This document shows, in pieces, positions 46,244 through 55,127 of a stretch of 64,000 nucleotides of DNA. The position numbers and the translations under genes were made by a program. The stretch spans positions 25,114 to 89,113 of the forward strand of contig CAZTVF010000002.1 in NCBI GenBank assembly GCA_964616985.1, given 5' to 3'. The notes under the pieces were generated by a model, which ran no database searches, had not been told where the DNA came from, and was given only the letters and a program-made list of their open reading frames with translations. This DNA comes from an uncultured Planctomycetaceae bacterium (lineage in GTDB: Bacteria > Planctomycetota > Phycisphaerae > SM23-33). How positions within the stretch are numbered: position 1 is the stretch's first letter; the number at the start of each line of letters is the position of its first letter.

Positions 46244-46909
46244 TCATCCATGGAGCAACACCTGAACTTCGTTCTGCATGTTCGCCCTTGCCTGGCCTTC
46301 GAGCTCTGCTCGACACTGTGGGGTCCAGAATATCGTCGGTTTCTCGAGCATGACTCGGAGGAACTGTGCGCGACGCGGGCGAAACTCCACCGGCGGCAAT
46401 CCCGCTTCGGCTTCGATTTGCCGAGCGTATTCGTCATATCGAGGCCGCGGGGACGCAAGGATGGCCAGATCGCAGTCGCAGACCAACCTGGCATCGCCTA
46501 AGGGCGGCTCGAATTTGTGTGTTGTCGCCAAGACCATCTTCGCTATCTGCGCCACCGTAGCTGTTCTGAGCCCCAAGTCCATCAGCGTCTTTCGAGCCAT
46601 ATCCGCGCTGCGCTGTTCGTTGTCGGCATCGCCGATCACGTACACCGCATCATGGAAGAAGATCGCCACTTCCACGGCCGGCAGGTCTAAGGCCAAGTCA
46701 CTGTGGGCCCTGGCCTGCTCCAGGCACTCGTCGAGATGCTGGAGATTGTGGTAGCAGCGATGAGGTTGTTCGTAGCATTTGATCAACTCTCGCCCAACCT
46801 CCTGGGACTTCTCGCCCAGCCCGAGCGTCCGTGACAAAGACAACCACTGGCGGAGTATGCTCTCTTTGCCAGAGCCGCCTTCAATCGGTGAGGGTCTATC
46901 ATCAACCAT
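46244..46909 (-). CDS. HD-superfamily phosphohydrolase-like protein (COG4339-like)
   Basis: 'YEQPHRCYHNLQHLDECL' and 'AIFFHDAVY' give an RxYHNxxH...FHD pattern. The start is uncertain (ATG 46909 or 46963). The 47089 start overlaps the upstream membrane-protein gene. Confidence 0.55.
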   Translation of the reverse strand: MVDDRPSPIEGGSGKESILRQWLSLSRTLGLGEKSQEVGRELIKCYEQPHRCYHNLQHLDECLEQARAHSDLALDLPAVEVAIFFHDAVYVIGDADNEQRSADMARKTLMDLGLRTATVAQIAKMVLATTHKFEPPLGDARLVCDCDLAILASPRPRYDEYARQIEAEAGLPPVEFRPRRAQFLRVMLEKPTIFWTPQCRAELEGQARANMQNEVQVLLHG

Positions 46910-47069
46910 TACTTCCTCGGTTTCACTCCAGCATACCAGCCATGTCCGTTGCTCATTTAGCATCCGACACGCGACAACCGTATGGCGATCCCCGTGCCGC
47001 CGCGAAGCTCTCCATGAGAAGGGACAAGGGATATCGGAGAAGCCCCTCCCACCGCAGGGCCGAGCCTGA

Positions 47070-47528
47070 TCAGGCGGGGATTCGGTCAATGTACTTTCGC
47101 CCGATTGCGGCCAGGACCATGCCGACCACGGCGCCCAGCATCGCGACCGAAAGATAGCTGGCGATGATGAAAGTCTTCGCCTCTTCGAGATGGTTCGACT
47201 TGATGAGCGCCGTCAGCACGGGAAGCAGTGCCGAGCCAACTCCGATTCCCGCCCCGATAAGCATGCCGTCGACCAGCGTGCCCGGGCCCTGGGGGCTGCG
47301 ATGTTTGCACAGCCACGCGTTGACGCCATAGCGATTCATGTACGCCCCGATTGGAGCGCCAACGACAAGACACAGGCCGAGGCGAAGCAGGTACACCTCG
47401 CGGAACGGAATGAGGAGAAGCATGGCGGCAAACCACACCATCACGGGGACTGCACAGAACATCGCGCCGATCCATCCCGCATGCCGGATGTAGAACTCAC
47501 ACAGACGTTTCATGCCGAAGCCTCCCAC
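47070..47528 (-). CDS. small integral membrane protein (4 predicted TM helices)
   Basis: Hydrophobic segments WIGAMFCAVPVMVWFAAMLLLI, LGLCLVVGAPIGAY, MLIGAGIGVGSALLPVL and VAMLGAVVGMVLAAI. Confidence 0.5.
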   Translation of the reverse strand: MGGFGMKRLCEFYIRHAGWIGAMFCAVPVMVWFAAMLLLIPFREVYLLRLGLCLVVGAPIGAYMNRYGVNAWLCKHRSPQGPGTLVDGMLIGAGIGVGSALLPVLTALIKSNHLEEAKTFIIASYLSVAMLGAVVGMVLAAIGRKYIDRIPA

Positions 47529-47603
47529 ATTGGCCAGAGCGGACGCGTGAAGATGCCGATTGGAGAACCCGTCGCCCGCATGGTACCGCCGATGGCGGTC
47601 AAG

Positions 47604-49115
47604 TCAACCATGATGGTATGCGTCGGTTCGGAGTTGGGCCACGACCTGCGGGCACAAACCCTTCCATGCCTCGTAGCCGCCGTAGATCACGCGCACTTTC
47701 CGATGACCAGCCATCGCGAGCCGATACCCCGCCTCGAACGAGAAGATCCCGGTGGTGCACATGAAGATGACCTCGCGGTCGCGGGGGATCTCCCTGAAGT
47801 GCTTCTCCAGGCCGATGTGCGACCAGACCTTCGCCGACGGGATGCCTGGTGAGAGGATTCGCTCATACGACAACCGCAGATCGACGATGAAGGCGGCGGC
47901 AATGCGATCCCGCGTGAGGTGCTCCGGCGGCATCCAGGCGAGACCCTCGGGGTCGCCGCGGAGCACTCGCTGGAGCGCCCAGAGGAAGTATTTCACGTCG
48001 GCGGCCACCGTCGTCGTGCCCATGCTGATGCGGATCGAAGACAGGGCATCCTCGGCCGATAGCCCCATGCCCAGCAGCACGTGCGAGGGCTCGATGCGGT
48101 CGGCCGTGCAAGCCGAACCGATGGACACGGCGACCTGGTGACAATCGAGCCCGGCCAGGATGCTCAGCCCGCTGGCCCCGGGAAACGTGGCATTGACCGA
48201 GCCAGGCAACTGCCACGGCTCGGGGGCCTCGTTGATGCGGACCTGCGGGCACAGGCGGCGCATGCCGTCGATCATCATCTGCCGCAACCCTCGCAGCCGC
48301 TGCCGCTGCGTATCCATTCGCTCAGACGCCAAGGTCGCCGCGACGCCGAGGCCGACGATCTGATGCACCGCCTCGGTGCCCGTGCGCATCCGTCGCTCCT
48401 GGTCTCCGCCGGCGATCAGGGGCAGCCACTTGGCCCCGCCGCGCCAGTACAAGGCACCGGCGCCCTTGGGGCCGTTGATCTTGTGGGCAGTCAGCGTGAG
48501 GAACTCGCATCCCAGATCGTCGACGTTTGTCGGCAGTTTGCCGAACGTCTGCACGGCGTCGGTGTGCATCGGCACGTGGGAACGGCGGGCGATCTCGGCG
48601 ATCTCCTTCACCGGCTGGATGACCCCCGTCTCGTTGTTGGCGTGCATGACGGAGATCAGGACCGTGTCGGGCCCGATGGCCGAGGCGATGTCCTGGGGCC
48701 TCATGCGGCCGTCGGCGCCGGCGGGCACGTATGTCACGCGGGCGCCCTGTTTCTGGGCCTGCTCGCAGGCGCCCAACACCGAATCGTGTTCGATCCGCGT
48801 GGTGATGACGTGCCCGCCGCCGACCGCTTGAGGCGAATGAAGTGTGGACGCCGCCAGCACTCCCTTGATCACAGCGTTGTTGGCCTCCGTGCCGCCGGAG
48901 GTCAAGTAGACGTCATGCGCCTCGCAGCCCAGCACAGCCGCTACGGCGCGGCGGGCCTGCTCGACCGCGCCCCGTGCCGTACGGCCGGCAATGTGGAGCG
49001 AGGAGGGGTTGCCGTGAACCTTCCTGAGACACGCCGCCATCGCGCGGCGGACCTGCGGCGCCACGGGCGTCGTCGCGTTATGGTCCAGGTACGTTCGTCG
49101 TGGCCAGCGGATCAT
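47604..49115 (-). CDS. cysteine desulfurase (NifS/IscS class V aminotransferase) fused to a C-terminal rhodanese domain
   Basis: 'LDHNATTP', 'GNPSSLH', 'TSGGTEANN', 'HTDAVQ', 'LTAHKINGPKGAGAL' (PLP Lys), 'SIGSACTA' (catalytic Cys loop). A rhodanese follows with active-site loop 'VIFMCTTGIFS'. GGAG lies 7 nt before the ATG, which is 9 nt after the upstream stop. Confidence 0.85.
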   Translation of the reverse strand: MIRWPRRTYLDHNATTPVAPQVRRAMAACLRKVHGNPSSLHIAGRTARGAVEQARRAVAAVLGCEAHDVYLTSGGTEANNAVIKGVLAASTLHSPQAVGGGHVITTRIEHDSVLGACEQAQKQGARVTYVPAGADGRMRPQDIASAIGPDTVLISVMHANNETGVIQPVKEIAEIARRSHVPMHTDAVQTFGKLPTNVDDLGCEFLTLTAHKINGPKGAGALYWRGGAKWLPLIAGGDQERRMRTGTEAVHQIVGLGVAATLASERMDTQRQRLRGLRQMMIDGMRRLCPQVRINEAPEPWQLPGSVNATFPGASGLSILAGLDCHQVAVSIGSACTADRIEPSHVLLGMGLSAEDALSSIRISMGTTTVAADVKYFLWALQRVLRGDPEGLAWMPPEHLTRDRIAAAFIVDLRLSYERILSPGIPSAKVWSHIGLEKHFREIPRDREVIFMCTTGIFSFEAGYRLAMAGHRKVRVIYGGYEAWKGLCPQVVAQLRTDAYHHG

Positions 49116-49124
49116 GTGCGGCTC

Positions 49125-49751
49125 CTAGAAGACACCTGGGATGAAACGGTATCGGACCTTCGTCATGTATTCTCGGTATTCGGGAAAGCGGCAGAGGAAC
49201 CGTTCTTCGAGCACCGCCCGGTAGACATAGCAGGCGGTGGCGAAGGCCAGCATCGCCGCATTCCACAGGTACGGCAGGAACAGCAGCATGCCCACCTTCC
49301 AGAGGATGTCCGTCAGGTACATCGGGTGGCGCACGATCGAGTACATCCAGTCGGTCGTGATCTTCCGGGCTGCGATCAAGATGCCGAAGCTCCTGCCGAG
49401 GTTCAGCAGCGCCCCCGTGCCCAGCACCACGGCCAGGCCGATCACCGCCTGCGAGCACGTCCGCAGGATCGGGTCCTCGGTGGGTCTGCCGCCAAAGGCC
49501 AGGCCCGAATAGAACGCCGCCAGCGCCACGGCTTGGTGAAAGAGATTCGTGTCGACGGCGACGTGGGGGCGACGCACGAGGAAGATCACCAGCCAGATCA
49601 CGTTGTGGATGAGAAACGCGATCTGGACGAAGTTCAGCAGTTCGCCATCTCGCCAGCGGCACCACGTGTACCATGCGATCCACGCGCCGATGGACAGGAA
49701 TGCGCCCAGGTTAATCAGGAGGTGCTTGTGCCTGTTGATGAAGTCGTTCAT
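49125..49751 (-). CDS. ICMT/PEMT-family integral membrane methyltransferase
   Basis: Multi-TM protein with 'TDWMYSIVRHPMYL' and 'VLEERFL...FPEYREYMTKVRYRFIPGVF' signatures. ATG 49751 forms an ATGA overlap with the upstream stop. Confidence 0.75.
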   Translation of the reverse strand: MNDFINRHKHLLINLGAFLSIGAWIAWYTWCRWRDGELLNFVQIAFLIHNVIWLVIFLVRRPHVAVDTNLFHQAVALAAFYSGLAFGGRPTEDPILRTCSQAVIGLAVVLGTGALLNLGRSFGILIAARKITTDWMYSIVRHPMYLTDILWKVGMLLFLPYLWNAAMLAFATACYVYRAVLEERFLCRFPEYREYMTKVRYRFIPGVF

Positions 49752-51121
49752 CGCCTTCCCCCCATCACGTTGTGGCGGCAGGCGGGCGCGAGCCTGCCGT
49801 CGGCCTGCGGGTAGGCGTTGCAGCACCGGCGGAGGCGGGCGAGATCAAACGTATCGGCGTCCTGGAATGCGTGGATGAAGACCGACTTGATCCTTCGTTC
49901 GGCCGTGGCGAAGGTCTTGCGGGCGTCGAAGCACGCACAGTTCATCTCGGCCAGGACATTGCGAAGGGTCGCCAACACGGCCTGTCCGTCGGGGGCGGCT
50001 CCCACGGGGCCGCTCCACAGATCGTACACCATGTCCTTGAGGCGGTCGTGCTCCTGTTCATCCAGGCCAAACACCGTGCGGTTACTGAGTGTATCCATCA
50101 GCCCATCGGCCTGCACGAGGCGGTTGACCGCCGCCCGGCCGCCGCCATCGAGCATCAGGAAATATGCCAGCGAGAAGCACAGCGGATGGCTGCACGGCAG
50201 CGGCGCAAAGTCTTCCGCCGCCACCTTGCCCGTCGCGGCCAGAAGGCGGATCACGTCGGGAATCGTCAGGCGGCTCGCGCGGCCGGTCATGGCGGCGCCC
50301 CGGCCGGCGAAGGCAAGCGGCTGGATCATCAAGCTCACCACGTGCGGCTGTGAGAAGAAGTAATCCAACGTGGGCGAGAGTTCTTGCTCGTTCACGCCGC
50401 CCGCAAGCGTCATCGTGAGCGAGGTGGCAACGCCAGCCGAGGCGAGCAGATCGAGTACCCGCCGCTTGTCGTCCAGCATCGGCCGGCCTCGCAGCGTTTG
50501 GCAGGCGGCGTCATCGAACCCGTCGAACTGAAGCGAGATCACGACGTTTCGTTCCGCCAGCGCCGGCAGCAATTCGCGGTCGCGCAGCAGCGCCAGCCCG
50601 TTGGTCGAGATGCTCGTGCGGACAATCTCCGGCCGCTTGGCCGCCTCGTCCACCAGTCTCAGCAGGTGCGGGTGCATCAGCGGTTCCCCGCCGGACAGTG
50701 CGAGGATGTCCACCTGTCGTTCGGCCCGCAGCAGGCCGTCGAGCACACGGCGGAAAACCTCGACAGGCATATCCCAATCGCCGCCGGCCTGCGCGATGCA
50801 GATGGGGCAGGCCAGGTCGCATCGCCCCGTCACTTCGACGATGGGCATGCATAGATGCTGCTCGTGGCGCGTGCACATGCCGCAGCCATCGGGGCAGGGA
50901 GCCTTGGCATCGCCGGCGAATTTCAGGGGGGTCCACGCGGGCTTCACGAACCGCTGCGCCCGCAGGTACTGCTGCACGTCGGCATAGACGTACGTTCGCT
51001 GGCGGCCATGATCGGGGCAGAACTTGTCGAAGTAAACCTTGCCGTCGTCGGTCACCACCTTGGCCGGGACGATCTGCCGACAGACGCCGCACACGGATTG
51101 TGTCATGCCCAGCGTGTTCAT
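49748..51121 (-). CDS. radical-SAM enzyme with N-terminal Cys4/zinc-ribbon and extra Cys cluster (MJ0619/COG1964-like architecture)
   Basis: 'CGVCRQIV...KFCPDHG', 'CPDGCGMCTRHEQHLC', then the radical-SAM 'GRCDLACPIC' and 'LSGGEPL'. ATG 51121 forms an ATGA overlap with the upstream stop. Confidence 0.8.
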   Translation of the reverse strand: MNTLGMTQSVCGVCRQIVPAKVVTDDGKVYFDKFCPDHGRQRTYVYADVQQYLRAQRFVKPAWTPLKFAGDAKAPCPDGCGMCTRHEQHLCMPIVEVTGRCDLACPICIAQAGGDWDMPVEVFRRVLDGLLRAERQVDILALSGGEPLMHPHLLRLVDEAAKRPEIVRTSISTNGLALLRDRELLPALAERNVVISLQFDGFDDAACQTLRGRPMLDDKRRVLDLLASAGVATSLTMTLAGGVNEQELSPTLDYFFSQPHVVSLMIQPLAFAGRGAAMTGRASRLTIPDVIRLLAATGKVAAEDFAPLPCSHPLCFSLAYFLMLDGGGRAAVNRLVQADGLMDTLSNRTVFGLDEQEHDRLKDMVYDLWSGPVGAAPDGQAVLATLRNVLAEMNCACFDARKTFATAERRIKSVFIHAFQDADTFDLARLRRCCNAYPQADGRLAPACRHNVMGGRR

Positions 51122-52146
51122 GTTCGCGGCCTCACGGAGGTGAAGAACTCGCGGAACTGCCTCCAGCGAGGCGGCTTGTGCATGCATTCGGCAAACCCGC
51201 GGCAGCTGGTCCAGCACTGGGCGCAGGGCCGTGCGCGCTGCACACCCAGCAGGCGGTCGCGCAGGCCCGTCACGTCGTCGGACAGGATGTTGCCCACGGG
51301 CTCATCCAGCGTTTCGGTGCAACGGGCGACGTTGCCGTGGTTGTCGATGTTCATCAACAGGCGGCCGGTCTGGCAGTCGCCGATCCCGCCGACGGCGATC
51401 GCCCGGTCGAACTGTTCGATGTAGCTCGTGAGGGTGATGAACTCGGGATACTTCCGTTTGAGCCCCAGCAGGTGCTCCGTCACGCGGTCACTGGGCAGGC
51501 GCGGGCTCTTGGTGCCGCGGTTCCAGGAGTACAGGTTGACCATGTAGGTCACGCCGATCTGGCGGGCCAGTTGAATCAGCGGTTCGACATCCTGGAGGTT
51601 ATCGTCCATCAGCACGCTGATCATGTGAACCCGGTTTCGCTTGTCGGGCCGGTTCTTGTGCAGAAGTTCCAGTGCGCGCACGGCGCGGTCCCACGCGCCC
51701 ACGCGGCCGCGCTGGGCATCGTGGCGGGCGGGGTCGACATAGTCGACGGACACCGAGATCTCCTGCAGCCCGGCCTTGAGCAGGTCCTTGGCCTTGGCCT
51801 CGTCGACGAACCAGCCGTTGGTGATGAGGATGGGGAAGTGGTTCGCCTGGTTGAGGATTGTGATGATCTCGGGCAGGTCGTCACGGATCAGCGGCTCGCC
51901 CCCGGCCAGCGAAATGATCAACGTGCCCAGGCGGTTGAGCCTCGTGCCGATGACGCGGAAATCGTCCAGCGAGAGCTCGTCGGTGTTCTGGTAGTCCGGC
52001 TTCCAGAAGTCGCAGATCTGGCACTGGAAGTTGCAGCGATACGTGACCTGGAGATTGCAGTGCAGCATCCGCTTGAGCAGGAGGTTTCGCGCCAGCCGCA
52101 GGCAGCGATACTGGTAATGCACTTCCTTTCGCACAGCCGTCAGCAT
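51118..52146 (-). CDS. radical-SAM enzyme with SPASM-like C-terminal Cys motifs
   Basis: 'LQVTYRCNFQCQIC', 'LAGGEPL'. C-terminal 'GDCQTGRLLMNIDNHGNVARC' fits C-x12-G-x4-C, followed by 'CAQCWTSCRGFAEC'. ATG 52146 overlaps the upstream stop by 7 nt. Confidence 0.8.
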   Translation of the reverse strand: MLTAVRKEVHYQYRCLRLARNLLLKRMLHCNLQVTYRCNFQCQICDFWKPDYQNTDELSLDDFRVIGTRLNRLGTLIISLAGGEPLIRDDLPEIITILNQANHFPILITNGWFVDEAKAKDLLKAGLQEISVSVDYVDPARHDAQRGRVGAWDRAVRALELLHKNRPDKRNRVHMISVLMDDNLQDVEPLIQLARQIGVTYMVNLYSWNRGTKSPRLPSDRVTEHLLGLKRKYPEFITLTSYIEQFDRAIAVGGIGDCQTGRLLMNIDNHGNVARCTETLDEPVGNILSDDVTGLRDRLLGVQRARPCAQCWTSCRGFAECMHKPPRWRQFREFFTSVRPRT

Positions 52147-53153
52147 GATCGTCTCCAGTCTTTCAGTTCGCCCAGGGCCGCCAGCGGATGACGCTGAAGG
52201 AGCGACAGGGCCATGTGACAGAAGATGCGGCACTGGCCGCGGCAACCCGGCATCATCGTCCGCTCGATTCGTTCGGGCGTGAGCAGATCTCGATACCGCC
52301 CGGCCGGCGGGATAGCCAACTGCTCCTGCGGCCGCTCCAGGCAGGGCAGGTTGACCGTGCCGTCGGGGCGGATAGTGGGCATCAACAGCGGATGGCACGC
52401 GTAGTCGCTCCCGTCGCGGATGCCCCGCAGGTACCGGCCGATGCCGAGCACCGCGGCCCCGGCCACCTTGGCGGCAATCGCCTCATCGACGAGCGATCGA
52501 AACTCCTCGTTGTCCCGCAGGGCCGGATGCACTGCCGTGCCGACGATTTGCGGCGACAGTTGAAACCCCAGCTTGTGTCGCACCGCCAGGCGAAGCACGT
52601 CGCGGACATCCGACAGGTTGTCCGGCATGGCCACGGCCGACAGCGCGATCTGCGCGGAATAGTGCGATCGGTTTTCGATGACCCAGGCAAGCGAGGCGAG
52701 AGTATCCGCCGCGGCGGCAGCATCGCCGCCGATGAGGGCGGCCAGGCGGTCGGGGTCCAGAGAATCGATGCTGAGCACAAGCACGTCCGAAAGCCGCATG
52801 AGCTGGGGCCTTTGGGGTAGGTGCGGGCCCTTGGTGTTCAGCACCGTGCGGAAGCCGACGCCACGGGCACAGGTCAGCAGATCCTCCAGGTCCGCGCGGA
52901 GCAGCGGCTCGCCGCCGGTGAAGTCCAGCGTATCGCCATCGCGCCGCAATATGCGGATGAGGGCCTTCGCCTCCGCCGTAGTCAATTCCGCGACAGCATC
53001 TTCCTTGAACGGCCTGCCGCGGCCGTCGCTGCAGTGCCGGCAAGCCAGAGGGCAGCGGTGCGTGACATAGTAGGAGAACAGCAGCGGCCGCGTTGGCGGA
53101 CGGCCCATCGCGATCGCCGAGAGGTTCCGGACGTAGTTCACCACAAAGCCCAT
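52140..53153 (-). CDS. radical-SAM enzyme with SPASM/twitch-like C-terminal Cys motifs
   Basis: 'YYVTHRCPLACRHC', 'FTGGEPL'. C-terminal 'YACHPLLMPTIRPDGTVNLPC' and 'PGCRGQCRIFC'. ATG 53153 follows AGGAGG and shares 1 nt with the upstream TGA (TGATG). Confidence 0.8.
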   Translation of the reverse strand: MGFVVNYVRNLSAIAMGRPPTRPLLFSYYVTHRCPLACRHCSDGRGRPFKEDAVAELTTAEAKALIRILRRDGDTLDFTGGEPLLRADLEDLLTCARGVGFRTVLNTKGPHLPQRPQLMRLSDVLVLSIDSLDPDRLAALIGGDAAAAADTLASLAWVIENRSHYSAQIALSAVAMPDNLSDVRDVLRLAVRHKLGFQLSPQIVGTAVHPALRDNEEFRSLVDEAIAAKVAGAAVLGIGRYLRGIRDGSDYACHPLLMPTIRPDGTVNLPCLERPQEQLAIPPAGRYRDLLTPERIERTMMPGCRGQCRIFCHMALSLLQRHPLAALGELKDWRRSC

Positions 53154-53722
53154 CAGGCCTTGCCCTCCTTGGGCCCAAGGGGCCTGGCCGGCACGCCGCC
53201 CACGGTCGCATGGTCGGCCACGTCGCTCACGACGACGCTGCCCAGGCCGGTGGTGACGCCCTCGCCGACCGTCACGCCGCATCGCACGATCGACCACGCC
53301 CCAACCACGGAGCCCTTGCCGATCTGCACGCGACCCAGGCGAAAAAACCCGGCGGTGTATTCGTGCGTCAGCAGCCGGCAGCCGATGCCCAGGAAGCAGC
53401 CGTCCTGCAGTTCGATGAGTTGCGGGTAGAACGCGTCGATGAACACGCCCGGGGCGATGTAGACGCCCTTGCCGATCCGCACGCCCATCCGCCGGTACAG
53501 CCAAACCTTCGCGTGCGACCACGGCAGGCGGCTGACCAAGTACATGATCGCGAATCGCAGGTTGAACGTCAGGTCGATCCAGACCGTGGGGAACAGGATC
53601 TTGCACACGCCGTAGTTCTCGTGGCGATGCAGAACGAACGGGCGGGCCCTGTCGCCGGCCCACCAGTCGGCATAGGCCTGCCGCTCTGTTCTGAGTTGCT
53701 GCTGGTCCTGTTCACTCAACAT
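53153..53722 (-). CDS. hexapeptide-repeat (LbH) acyl/acetyltransferase with a hydrophobic N-terminal segment
   Basis: 'GVRIGKGVYIAPGVFID...IELQDGCFLGIGCRLL...VQIGKGSVVGAWSIVRCGVTVGEGVTTGLGSVVVSDV...VGGVPARPL'. The start overlaps the upstream stop by 11 nt. Confidence 0.8.
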   Translation of the reverse strand: MLSEQDQQQLRTERQAYADWWAGDRARPFVLHRHENYGVCKILFPTVWIDLTFNLRFAIMYLVSRLPWSHAKVWLYRRMGVRIGKGVYIAPGVFIDAFYPQLIELQDGCFLGIGCRLLTHEYTAGFFRLGRVQIGKGSVVGAWSIVRCGVTVGEGVTTGLGSVVVSDVADHATVGGVPARPLGPKEGKA

Positions 53723-55127
53723 AGAATCGCTCGTCCTGCATGCGGTAGAAGAGGTTGTAGGTGCACGCCGGCACCAGTCGTCCCGGCTGGCAGGGAACCT
53801 GATCGGGGCACATCATGGCGCGGGAACAATCGAAGGTGCCTTCATCCATGTGCGAATGAACGTACACCGTCCGGACGCACGACTCGGCCGCCCGGTGCCG
53901 CTCGAACACGCCCAGCGTGCGGTCCGCGGGGTACAGTTTCTCCAACACGCTGCGCAGAACCTGCAGGTGCTCGGTGCTTCCCTTGGCATACAGGTCGTTG
54001 ATCGCGTCGGTGAAGAATTCCTGCCCGCCCTGCGGCCGCAGCAGGTAGGAATCGCCCAGCAACTCCGTCAGCCGCTCGCGCGGTCCCAGCCTCGCCAGCG
54101 GCAGCATGCCCGACGGCGTCTTGAGGGCATAGCACAGCAGATAGCACAGCGGATGCGCCGAGGGGCGGGTGAGGAAATCATCGAATGCCAGTTCGCCATT
54201 CGTCTGCTCACAGACGATGCGGGCGGCCTCGTCCACGGGAATGTGGTCGGCGCGGGGAAAGCGCCCTCCGCCCTGGCCTGTGTAGGTCATGGTCTGCACG
54301 GTCAGGCTCCCGATGGCATCGTTCTGTCGCATCAGCGACCACAGGGGGGCGATGGCGGATTCGTTCACGCCGCGCACCATCACGTTCAGCAGCGTCATCC
54401 GCACGCCGGCCGCCGTGAGGTTGTCGATCGCCTTGAGCTTCGTCGCCACCAGGTCCCGGCCATGAAGCTGAACGCTGACTGCGGGGTCGAATGTATTGAA
54501 CGACAGGATCACGCTGACCCCGCGCTGGGCGAGCTGGCGGCAGAGTTCCTTGTCCTGGGCCAGTCGCAGGCCGTTGGAGTTCATCGTGATGCGGCCGATC
54601 TCGTCGCGGCGGCAGCAGTCGAGGAGATCCAGGATCTGCGGGTGCAGCGTGGGCTCGCCGCCGGTGATGTTGATCAGGTCCACGCTGCCGGAGGACTCGA
54701 TGATCCAGTCCACCGTTCGCCGCATCTCGTCGATGGGCATGTGGTGCAGCCGGTCGGCGCGGTTGTAGGTGAAGCAGATCGGGCATCGCAACTCGCATGC
54801 GTTCGTCACCGAAAGCACGGGCAGTTGGCAGGGCGATGCATGAAACGCGCACGGGCCGCAATCATGCGGACATCCGCGGGAGGGCTGGCGGCTGTGCGGC
54901 AGCGGCGAACGGTCCGGCATCGCCTTGAGCACCGAAGACATGTACCAGTTCGGGTCCGCGGCGATGAGCGCTGGCGCGTTCTCGCACGTGGGGCAAAGTG
55001 CCTGCTGCCACACCTTCCACTGGCGGAAAAACACCCGCGCGGGCACGACCTGGCGGCACGTGCGGCACATGCCCCGCACGGTCGTGAAGTACGTATAGTC
55101 ACGTTCGGTCAGTCGCGCCATGGTCAC
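53712..55127 (-). CDS. radical-SAM enzyme with N-terminal Cys4/zinc-ribbon and extra Cys cluster (paralog type of 49748..51121)
   Basis: 'CRTCRQVV...LCPTCE', 'CPHDCGPCAFHASPC', radical-SAM 'TNACELRCPIC', 'ITGGEPT'. GTG 55127 forms a GTGA overlap with the upstream stop (alternative ATG at 55121). Confidence 0.8.
   Translation of the reverse strand: MTMARLTERDYTYFTTVRGMCRTCRQVVPARVFFRQWKVWQQALCPTCENAPALIAADPNWYMSSVLKAMPDRSPLPHSRQPSRGCPHDCGPCAFHASPCQLPVLSVTNACELRCPICFTYNRADRLHHMPIDEMRRTVDWIIESSGSVDLINITGGEPTLHPQILDLLDCCRRDEIGRITMNSNGLRLAQDKELCRQLAQRGVSVILSFNTFDPAVSVQLHGRDLVATKLKAIDNLTAAGVRMTLLNVMVRGVNESAIAPLWSLMRQNDAIGSLTVQTMTYTGQGGGRFPRADHIPVDEAARIVCEQTNGELAFDDFLTRPSAHPLCYLLCYALKTPSGMLPLARLGPRERLTELLGDSYLLRPQGGQEFFTDAINDLYAKGSTEHLQVLRSVLEKLYPADRTLGVFERHRAAESCVRTVYVHSHMDEGTFDCSRAMMCPDQVPCQPGRLVPACTYNLFYRMQDERFYVE

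Noticed and set aside
51118-53153. The two SPASM-like radical-SAM genes as anaerobic sulfatase-maturating enzymes (anSME) serving the nine sulfatase genes in the window.
   Set aside because: They are tempting, because anSMEs are SPASM radical-SAM enzymes and no FGE is visible. However, both genes are locked by overlapping codons into the ACP/KS operon about 10 kb from the nearest sulfatase. They are also shorter than I recall for anSMEs, and their Cys spacing differs from CX2CX5CX3C. This is not fully excluded without an HMM search.
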